From NCBI GenBank assembly GCA_965235115.1, contig OZ249445.1, positions 13,392,001 through 13,456,000 of the forward strand: DNA of 64,000 nucleotides, read 5' to 3'. Positions 49,601 to 60,603 of this stretch are shown here, piece after piece (within the stretch, counting starts at the first letter, position 1; each line of letters opens with the position of its first letter). The position numbers and the translations under genes were made by a program. Source of the DNA: Laetmonice hystrix. Lineage: Eukaryota. The notes beneath the pieces are model-generated. The model was not told the DNA's origin. It was given only the letters and a program-made list of their open reading frames with translations, and searched no databases.

Positions 49601-51412
49601 GGTACCGCCGACAGAATTCACACGAGATGAACTCCAGCATATTACAGGGGCGATCATTCGGGGCGGGTCAGTCGGGCGCACGGTGGGTGTTAAGGGATGC
49701 TGTGAGTCCCCCTGCGTTCTCCACAACCTAACCTTCCCGCAACCACCCCCAACAGACACACTCCCATCTATATGTCTAACTTCCAACATGTATGTCCATT
49801 ACCGACTCCATCAGGGGTCGGTGGGCCCCTGGGTCATAAATGAATTGGACGAAAATAACCCTGACAAAAAGTGGAGGTCAGTGAACCCCACATTGACTTC
49901 ATACCTCGCGGCTACCTATTTCAACAATAATTGTGATACTGGCTGTTTTGGATCCTCTACTATATAATCATATCTATTGCACTCTACTCAGCAGAAACAA
50001 ACACCGTGGTGGATGGGGCGAGGGTTTTAGCTTTATCCAATTACTTCAAGGTCCACTACAAACCAACGGGTCACTTTGGTAGCATAGGTTACAGAAAGGA
50101 TCCCACTGCCCCGATATATGAACGAAACTGTCGGAGGCAATCAGGCTAAAACCATGATGATCGAATTATTCGTAAGCATCTACTCAACGTCCAACCCAGC
50201 CTCACTCTGACCCTTTCACCGAATTATATATATACCAGGTCTGCATCATTGCTCTTGGCCAACGACTTGGCCCAGTTTCTTTTATCATGGAATGCCCTCA
50301 CAATGTGAACTGACCGACATCGGACGACATCCACGTACAATCACCCTGCGTGCTGCCGCCAGGGGTCGCTGCCGTCGTTAACACCACGGCAGGTATGGCG
50401 GCGCGAGCATTCCTCGCGTGTTGACACAACCCAACATCAGCTGGCATTATTTATAGCGAAACCTGCCCAAAGCTGAAGACATTTGTCTCTCAATGAAAAA
50501 AAATTGTTCATACTCATGCGATGACTTCATTCAGGGTGTCTTTGACATGCCTATTCTTGTCTTTTCAATACTTAGGCCAAGACTTGTCTGGGCAGCCCAG
50601 ATGTAATCTCTAGGCATGGCACAAGGCACAATGCCAGCCGACCCAAGCTGTATTACCACAACCCAAAGATAGATTCAATGCTGAGGTTGTCACCTACTTA
50701 TACAAACCTTAATTTAACCTAACCGCTAATTATCGCTGCTTGTTTCGTAATAGCGCTTGTCAGTTGCAGTTGCATGTATGACCATAAAGCTCTATCACCT
50801 TAACAATGGGCCTACAACCAGGGATAGCATTTAGGGCTAGATAAAAAGTCAATATATGGAAGTCAGACTTGTTGCTATTTGTAACAGGTAGGACTCTGGC
50901 CCATACACCTGCCTGAACTGAACAAAGTAATATGGGTTCGCAAACGGAAACGCATTTCCCTGAAAAATTACGCAATTGTTGTTCCATTTATAATCTAATC
51001 TATGTTCTGCTAATACATTTCATCATCTTCAAGGTTTGGTTTCAACATAAAAAAAATGAATAAAAAAATCCTGATTCCTGCAACAGCATTCAATTCAATA
51101 TTGTTTGCGCAATCTAATATAAAACGGAAGACAGGAAGCGTACGTACGGGACTGTCCGCCGATCGTGTGAGACGAATGTTAAACATGCTTTACGAGTCTC
51201 GAGTGGACATCCTGTCTCGTGTGTGCGATAAACAACCCATAAATTATTGATCGGCCAGGCGTGACTATCTTCTCTCTCACCACGATCCAGACATTCGTAC
51301 TCCAACTAAAGTCCCCGCAATTTACTTTTCTGGGGGTCAAACCCCAAAACTCTTACAGTGAGGTCAGGTTCTTAATGCGCAAAAGGATCTAGGTAGAAAA
51401 AAGGTGACTTAC

Positions 51413-51503
51413 GAGGTAAGAGCCATCCGAGAAACGTGAGTGGCACACCTATACTGAGTACACCACCCAGTGTCACTGAACCCGTCCATGACCGACGAGG
51501 CAT
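51413..51503 (-). CDS. C-type lectin receptor, probable first coding exon (signal peptide)
   Basis: MPRRSWTGSVTLGGVLSIGVPLTFLGWLLP + c|gtaagt, phase 1, compatible with the CTLD1 exon. In-frame stop upstream of the ATG; GC-rich region just upstream. The link to the lectin exons is inferred. Confidence 0.55.
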
Positions 51504-54500
51504 TGTCGTGAAGCAGCCCCGTGTCCGCCTGACCCGTCCTATGACCTTTCAACAAAACTCCGCCAAAGATTTCCCAGGGATGCTGCTTATCCAGATCTTT
51601 TTGATGCTGATAGAAAAGTCGGTGGGAGACTTCATGGTGTCGGTTGGATGTCCTCCATCTAACAACTGACAGGCGCAGCGGTATTCATGGGTGAATCCGT
51701 CCCGTCCGACACCACCAGCCGACACTGACACATCGTCGTGGGGTCTGGCCGACTGCCCACCGAGCCCAGCCCGGGCCGCCGCCGCCGCCGCCCTTTGTAG
51801 GCCAACAACCGCGCCGCTCACTGGCGGCTGGCTGCCCGCCCGATGGGCTCAGAGAGCCGGTCTATGGTCGCTTCCAACTACCATAGACCCACGCTTCAGG
51901 CAGTGAGTCTCTCTATCGTTCAACTGGACTGAATGCCGCTAGATGACCAGGCAGACTGCAAGTGAAACAAAGCAGTTGAATATCAATATAACATCATGAT
52001 TAGTCCCTTACATCTTAATGTTGGGTAAGAAGGCATTTTAATTTACACCCATAGAAGCATATATTATATCATACCTAGTTTACTGGTGTGTCTGTGTCAG
52101 GACATCTCCCAGGGACAGGGAGAGCCAGACAAGATAAATATATACGAGTGACAAATCAAGAGTGAATTCCTCATATATTATGAGAGACGAGGCGCTCGTA
52201 ATGAGGTCGTCTTTGGATAACGAATCGCCGGGTGGCAGCGCACAATTCATTAATTATCACGACACCAGTGGAACCTGTTGGTAAAGTGATAGGAGCAGAT
52301 ATCACTGGGTGATAGACAGCCACCCTGTCGTCACATAGACCTGAATGAACTAATTTATACAGGCGAATTGATGTTCTCACAACACCAGCCTGACAACCAG
52401 TCGGTATTCTCTGCCCCACTCACGTTTTTACATTGTACCACTTTTTCTTTCTCTCTGACTCAACAAACAAAAAGCTCAGTTTATGTCAACCGATGCTGCC
52501 GTGCGTCCAGGCAGTGGGTTGGTGCAGGGTGAGAATCGGCCGATATGTAGGCCAGTTACAAAGGGATGACACGCACCATTACCTCAAGACGGATGGCTGG
52601 GATAAACAAAATTAATGTATTCAGTGAACAGACATCTGACGAGTAGACCTCTCTAAGTACTGGTAACCCGTCGTCCCGCCATAACATATCTACAGGCCGC
52701 CGGATGGGGTGGTGGATGTGGAAATGATCTAATAGTTAAAATACACTAATAACACCAACTGGTGGCAGTCGCATGTCAATCATAAAGATTGGGTTTATAA
52801 ACAGAAGCAGAAATTGCGAAAGGTAGGGAGGGTTAAACAGAGGAAAGCACGTATCCTGTTTAGAGAATATGCGAGGAATGGGTAGGCTTGCTGGCCATTA
52901 CAAATAATTAAATACGTGTATAGGCGACTCTGGTCGACAATCTCAGTGTTATATCAGGATGTAGTCGTGCAGTTAATATTGCCATGGACTGTGTGCCATT
53001 CGTGTTCAACTGCAGAGGATCACTTCTCACCCCTTCATCCAATCGGAGGCATGAAATTGAATGAATGAGACTACATGCATGCCCGCATCAAGGCTAACAT
53101 AATACGAGATGTAGAGTCTATAACCTACTTAATACTCTACACAGCCCTACATTCCGATCCACATAGTCTAGACACATCGGCCTATATTATTTATAAATAT
53201 GGCATAATATAATTATTATGTATAATTACCTTTATATCATCTCATGTATAGGCCTCTACATATTGCAATGTGAAATCCACTTGTCTTTATTTAATAATTA
53301 CAACAGCTGGTTTTAATTTGGGTTGATTATCACCTAAACACGATAAAAGATCTAGAAAGACATCAGTTCTGTGCGAGTAGGAGGTAGCCCCCCCCCTGTA
53401 CAAGATCAGTTTTAGAACCTGATGTCTTCCTGTACCACGGTTAGTGTAGAAAGTCGACATGGCTGTAAACAGTGTTAGCAGTGAATGATCTATAACACTC
53501 TTCAGTTTATACTTCTGGTACACTACCACAACGTTCCCCCTACCCAACACCCCAAGCCTTTTCCCTCCGCCAAACTCTCACTGCCAAGGTTACGGCCCGT
53601 CTAGACAACCAACATTGGCCAGTATGCTATCAGCCGTACTCCGGCCTCCTGAAGCCGTCCGTCTGGGGGCAAACACCGAACACCTGTGGTGGTTTAATAA
53701 CCCCGCCCTCTGCTAGCCTGGGTTCAGTTCGTTACATGGGGCAGAGCTAAAATCAGACGGTGATAGTCTTACTGCGTGATAACAGGAAAGGTTGCCGCGG
53801 GGTTAGGGGGGCCGTGACGGGGATGATTAGTAATATCCGTCTACTAATTAACAGGGTAACCATATCGTGACGTGACCTCGACCTTTCTAGAGGTCGTCTG
53901 AATGTCATCAGTTCTGTTGGGAATTATCATACGGTACCCTTACGTCACGTTACAAATTCAGAGCCCTATCCCTAAAAATGTACTATTCTTCTATTAAAAA
54001 AAGGCGAAAACCAAGGCAAAGAACTTTTGGTATCACTCAGCAAGATTTTAAAAACCAAGTACAAATGTACACGTATAATTGCACCAAATGAGAACTGCAG
54101 TTGCTGACCGACATATTCGTCCATCTTGGTACGTCCAGACGCGTGTAATGCCAAAAAAAAGATATATGCAGCAGAGATAGTCAGACCATCAAAACCTGCG
54201 GAAATTACTTGCGTGGCGCTTATAGACTGTTTTCGGAGAGTGGCGCCTATACTAAATAGACTAGAGAGACGAGCTCTATCTTTGAGGACGCCAGGATGTA
54301 TAAGAAACGCCTAATGCAATTTATATATCTGCAGCAAGTACGAGATGGCAACAGGATCGTACGGCCATGTATATCACATAAATGGTCAATCTGTCAACCA
54401 GAGCCCAACGTCAAGGTCATAGCGACGACTGCCAGGTTATCCCCACTGTATGATACCAATATGTTACAATATGGAATGACAATCAGTGTCATGGACCAAT

Positions 54501-57222
54501 TAAACTAATACTGGCCTCCGCATATATAGTCAGGTCTATTGGATAATGATCAGTGCAACATCATTATAACGACAATTGGCACCAACGCAATCTTACAACA
54601 CGAAATCAATAAAAATCGACAAAACACTGCCGTATAGGTATTACCTCAGCTCACTGAGACATCGAGTCCTACTGTTTCAGTTTGTAATCTTCATCAGTCT
54701 TGGATTAATTGTTAGATCATCTTGAAACCAGATGTCTGCAAAGAACAAAATCAATGTCATCAGATATTTCGTTAGGCAACAGGGTTTTGGCAACCTGAAA
54801 TTATATTTTTTAATGGAAGCATCTATAGAAAGATAAAACTTATCGATTTGGAGAATCAACAATTCGAAGATTCGTGGAAAGTTACTAATAGTTTGCCCGT
54901 TATTCAAACACAACTGAAGACAACTCCCGTTAAATGTCTAACCAAACTTACTACATGTGAATAGCACACAGCGGAAGAGGTACTACTTATAAATATACCT
55001 CGGGCTATCATACTATCATTATGGTAATCAGATAATGTTTTCACGCCGCAGGACGTATCATACACAGGTTAATTCGATAAATTATCTCGATAACTCGATA
55101 AAAACTCAGGCTGTGTCCTTAATAAACCGACCATTATCATGGCTATATTTTAGAAGTCACATGAGGAAACGTCAACGACTACATGTATTTGTCATATAAA
55201 AACTAAACGGTATCCTGTACGTGTACATAATGCACACTGTCAGTTGATACGTAACATCAGCCCCTGCAGTGTGAGCGGTATACACCGTAACACATAACGT
55301 TATCAGGCCCGTGTTTACTTTGTATATTAGTGAGCGGATCTCCGCCTCACTACCCGGGGATCGACCAGACCCGGCGGGACAGGCTTGTCTGGCGCCGGGT
55401 CGCACTCAGCATGCAGTCAGTCTGGTCGAGACATCTATACTCATTGTCAAACATTCATTGGAAATAGATCAATACATTAATAAAGATATATATAATTAAA
55501 TAAATATATAAATAAAATAAATGAATAAAAAAATAAAAAAAATAAAAATAAATGATTTAGTACACAAATAAATAAATATTTTCAAGAAAACGTTTATTGC
55601 TTGCTGTTTATGGATGTACATGTACCTTCTTATGCAAATATCATGCTCCTCTCGATCCACTGGTTTAATCATCATTGTGAGTCACATATAAACATACTGA
55701 AAGGTGAATGCATATAGGCCTAGGCCAGCTATAGCAGTCCGGTTTTGTTGGTCTACTGTGTTTGGATTTGGTCTCTGTAACGCCCGGATCATAACAGTGA
55801 CCTCTTGGGGCTGTATTCCCTGTACAGTTTCTGTTGATAAATAATAGCTGAAACTCCTAGTTCTTAGACTCTATACTAAAGTGCAGTCAAGGACATTTTA
55901 AGAAATAACCACTGAAAATGTGCACAACTCTATCCATTGCAGGACATTTTATTGTCGTTGTTGGCTATGATTCCAAGGAAAAGATTATATTCTACAAAAA
56001 ACCGCCCTACAGAGGTTTGTTTTGTAAAGTTGTAATGGTTTTACCTAAAATATGTATTAAAAATCTGTGGAGACACATATAGTATGAATTTGTACATTTA
56101 TATTCCAAAAGTTAATTTCTAATGATCAGAAGTCAGAACATCACAAACACTTCACACTTCACAAGAGTCGGTGAGGAGACATTAGACTAATTTTTAATGT
56201 TAACATAAATTGCATGCTGAATATCAAGCCAAACTCTGTCAAATATTTTGTTTGGAATTTTCCTCAATGAATGTAAAAATATCTTAACTTATCCAGTTGC
56301 CTCTGATTGTGCTTTACACGAGTTTTGGGTATGCAAGAGTATGTGAGCAGATGATCACCTGTATACATGTAAAAATACATGTACATGTAGGCCCTACATG
56401 TCCCAACTTGTTGCATTCAGGGGAAAAAATGGAGAGAGAAAAAAGAAAATTTTAGTTCAAGCTGTGCTACTCCTAGAATCTTCCCACAGAAAATATTCAC
56501 TGACCAGTAATATAGCATAGAGGAATTAAAATCTGCCCAAATATTAAAATAACTTTTTAACACTCCTTTTAACACTGCTAACTCCTCCCGCCCTCGGAGA
56601 TCTCCGATAGGAGTTGAGCAGGGAACCAGTCAGGGGACCAGTCAGATAGCGTGCTGCCGTCTGGCGATGTAAGTTTAACCTATAATTTGAGACTGCCATC
56701 TAGCGGTTAATATGGGACTAATCCTTATTCGCCAGCAGAAGCGCTGATGTCGTCAATGCCGTCGTCCTGCGCTTCGTCTCCGCGCTTCAAACATAAATGT
56801 CAAAAATTTGTAAAATAAGAAAGTCTGAATTGATCCTCTAATGACAGAAACCAAACGGAACGTTAAGTCTGAGTCTCCAAACAATCGTGTGTGAGGACTT
56901 GAGTGTGACCCGGCGACTGTGACTGTGTGCGTCGGTCACGTGACCATGGGACCATTTCTGCGATGGATGCCAAAATGTTTGCTGGTTGGGGCAGTAAATT
57001 TTCGATTTCGGGGAGAAGAAGCACGATTGACACACAGTTTTGAAGCGGTAAGTGTAATTAAGGCCTATTGAGGTACCGTTTGGTATATGGTTTGTGTGTG
57101 TACACCATGTATTTAGTGAACAAAACGTTCATGAAAAATGCGACACCCGAGGAGTGCGACACGCGTTCCGCACCACGTTGCCGGGGAGTCGGCCGTGTTG
57201 CCGAGATCCAGCTTTTTCAAGT

Positions 57223-57255
<33 letters not shown>

Positions 57256-57389
57256 ACGTTTTTAGGGGCGCCACAGCCGCTATCTGTAAGTGTAAGAGCG
57301 CCGTAGGTGCGAAGTCTGCGAGCACGCGCGAAGCCTTGGTAGGGGGTCCGGGGGTATGCCCCCCGGAAAATTCTGAAATTCAAAGACAA

Positions 57390-57543
57390 GGGGCCGTTCA
57401 AAAATTACGTAACGCTATTTTGGGCCAAATCTGACACCCCCCACCCCCCTGTAACGCTTTTCAATGGTACTTCAGCACTGTCCGTAACGTTTGGACATAC
57501 ACCCCCCCACCCCCCGAGCGTTACGTAATTTTTGAACGGCCCC
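57390..57543. mobile_element. PIF/Harbinger-like MITE nested in another repeat
   Basis: Perfect 27-bp TIR ggggccgttcaaaaattacgtaacgct with 3-bp TSD caa. The flanks rejoin into a sequence like the repeat at 59140-59200. Confidence 0.85.
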
Positions 57544-58045
57544 CAAGGTGTAATTTGGTGAAATCTGATGCATATTTATTATTGGAGCACAAAATAAGTT
57601 TTCAAATTCAATGACCTCCTGCCTACAATGCCGTGGGGCGCCATGATCGGCAGGAGGGGCGCCATAAAATTTTAGGGGGGTCCGGACCGCCAGTGCAAGG
57701 CTATGCCCCTGAAAGATTTTAAAACTGTCGCGGAATGAGGGGAATGAGAGGCTTTGTCGCACATAATCAATCATTTCAATTGAAGTTTTGCCTTTACCTC
57801 CAGCCATTGAGAATTTGATTGCAATGAATTTAGGCTTTTAGCTCAATAGTGAGGTTGCGCTGCCGGTATCTGACACTAGATGGCGTGTCGAATATGGGTT
57901 TCCGGTTATTGCGGAGCTTACCACTGAGCGTGAACGGTGAAGCAGCCAAGATCATAGTTTTTAACACGCTTTCGACTTGTTACATTCCATTCACCATTGC
58001 ATCTGATCATAGTTCAGAATGGGTGCACTGGCCACTCACTTTTAA

Positions 58046-58549
58046 AGGGGCATATTATGAGGAAACGTTAAAAATCGGTATTTCATAGAACTTTTGCTGT
58101 TTTCATAAAGAGATCCTTCATTAAAATTGCTTGGTAAACAAAGACAGACTTATCAGTTTCATTTTGCATAAGAAATCGAAGTTTATGAAGCTCCCTTGCT
58201 CGCTTCTCTGCCGATTTCGTAAAATATTTTTTGGGTGGCATTCTGATGCCGGGCGATTGAGTGCCAAGTGCTGCTGAATTGTTTACAACTAAGCGAAGCA
58301 CGTGACTAAGCACATGCAGAGAGTGCACACACAGGATGTGACACAGTATGCAATTACACGGGTTGATGGGAGGTTGTCCGCCAAATTATGGCGGGAGATG
58401 TGCTATCGGGAGAAATCTATAGGTTTGGTCGTATAGAACACGTCGGAGGACAAAATGCTGTGGTAGGATTATTTACTTGGATCCCTAGTACACGGTCATG
58501 TTGGATAATTGCTGGAAATCCTCAAAAACGTGTTTCATAGTATGCCCCT
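58046..58549. mobile_element. Kolobok-like non-autonomous element
   Basis: TTAA flanks at 58042-58045 and 58550-58553. TIR aggggcata(t/c)tatga. Confidence 0.8.
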
Positions 58550-58568
58550 TTAATGTTTAGTACTTATC

Positions 58569-59414
58569 CAGGGTTGGAAATTGGGGGAAATCGCTTCTAG
58601 CCAGCAGGGCTAGTTAAGTAGAAACCTAACTAGCCCTGTTGTAAATGAACTAGCCAACAGGGCGAGTTAAGGTGAAGGGTTACTCGCCCTCCACATGACC
58701 ACTGCACAGCCATTCAAACAACAGAAACAGAAATCTATAGGTGCTGCCTTCACTAGAAGGTCTGGAATTGCAACTGGAGAACTTAGAACTTTCTAAGTTC
58801 TTTGCCTCTGATATGAGTGGCATCCTGCCAAATATGTATGTATTATGGTAGGCCTACCTGGACCTGGTGCAGTGGTCGTATTATCATGACTGCCATTATG
58901 GGAAAAGGCGATTACAGGAAAAAAATCACTCGCCTGTTAATTGTAGACAAATCGCCTGCAGGGCGATCTGAATGGTCAGACAAGGTTGCCCACACCAGGG
59001 GCGTAGGAAGCACTTTAAAAGTGGGGGGGCCAACAGGGCCATGGGCAGGACTTTTCGAGGGGGATTACAGTTTGGCGGGGGGACTGGGCGAGCGCCGAAG
59101 GCACGAAGCCATGCTAGGGGGTCCGGGGCATGCCCCCCCCCCCCGAAAAATTTTGAAATTTATAGTGTAATTTGGTGACATTTGGTGCATCTTAGCATCT
59201 AGAGCACAAAATAAGGTCTGAAATATGAGAAAATACCCTCCCCCCATAGACTTCCATACACTTCCAATGGCAAAAGTCAAGGGGAGGGAAAAAGTGGGGG
59301 GGCCAAAAGATACTCTGGCCCCTCTCATTTCAAAGTGGGGGGGGCCATGGCCCCCCTGGCCCTCCCTTTTCCTACACGGGTGAACAGGCGAGTGAGGGGT
59401 AATTTCCACCCCTG
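58569..59414. mobile_element. Non-autonomous CAG-ended DNA transposon with a nested repeat
   Basis: TIR cagggttggaaatt / aatttccacccctg (1 mismatch). Flanks cttatc / cttttc give a 5/6 TSD. A nested caggggcgtaggaag element starts at 58996. Confidence 0.65.
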
Positions 59415-59909
59415 CTTTTCTAATTCTCAAGGCAAAAAAAGGTGGAATATGAGGATTTTATCGCATGCCATTTTCAATTACCAATGGATTGCATTTATGC
59501 AAATTATCACAGAAAACCCAGCAAAATGTTGGAAATGTGAATACATGTCCACCTTTGCAGTGCTTGCCATTTGAAATCTTTACGGGAGCCATCCATCACT
59601 CCCCTTGGTTATCCGAGGAGAGCTAATTCACTCTCTGAGAAATTGTTCCTTTCTCACGTTTGGGTATTTCCGGGTAAAACCAGGGTAATTTATAAAGATG
59701 TCCTGGGGCTATCTTTGAGAGCGTGTGCTCAACAGGCGTGCTCAATGGGGTGCTCAGCTGTTTTGAGGTGTTTCTCGAAGCATCTCAGGCTTGAGAACTT
59801 GTCCTCAACTATAGACTACGCAAGATTCTTCTACGTCACTGATGACAATGAACGACAACAATGAACGAAATCACTGGTGACAATAGATTACATCACAATA
59901 ACAATAAGT

Positions 59910-60344
59910 CAGGGCTTCAGATAATATTTTAAGGTGGGGAGTTTTTGACTCCCCCTCTTTTTTCAGGTTGCGTATGTAGTACCCATCCTCAACAAGTGTT
60001 GCGTATTTGACTTCCAACTTCCAACTTTCAACTGACCTGCATGTGTTTGCTAATGCTGGGAACAACTGAAACTGACAACTTATAGTATTGTCCAGTTGGC
60101 ACCCTACTGGCAAGGTGCCAACGTGTCCAGCTGTTGACACCCAGCCAGTGCTTGCTGACCACTGCAGACCATTAGAAGCCCCCTCCCAACCATATTTGAC
60201 GCTCAGTGCAGAAGGACTCAGCGTATGGGAAGCTTTTATTGCCCAATACTGAAGCGTTTTTGACGAAAGGGTCTTCAAAATTACTGCGTATTTCCACCAC
60301 TTCAGTGCGTAAATACGCAAATACGCACCTTATCTGAAGCCCTG
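59910..60344. mobile_element. hAT-like MITE with 6-bp TSD
   Basis: Perfect 15-bp TIR cagggcttcagataa, with ataagt on both flanks. Repeated subterminal gcgta/tacgc motifs. Confidence 0.85.
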
Positions 60345-60603
60345 ATAAGTGTGTCAAGTTGTTTGAGCGATTGTCTGCTGGCGCGTATTTTCATACACGA
60401 CTTGCAAATGTTCAAGCTGAATCATTTTTTCACATTATTATTTTGCAATTTAGACACTCATGAAGGGCAAATTTGGGAAAGAAAGGAAGCGGGCTGGTAA
60501 CTAGAGTGTGAAAGATGAGTTAATTTTAAATTCACATGATGATGGTGCTCAGGGTTGAGGATGCTTTAGGTAGTATACTCAAAATCAGGTCGTTGAGCAC
60601 ATA

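Noticed and set aside
55361-55429. HDV-like ribozyme (tggcgccgg resembles the HDV P3/P1 junction)
   Set aside because: The P3/L3 (gcc-tcctcg) and P2 pseudoknot pairing are missing on both strands.
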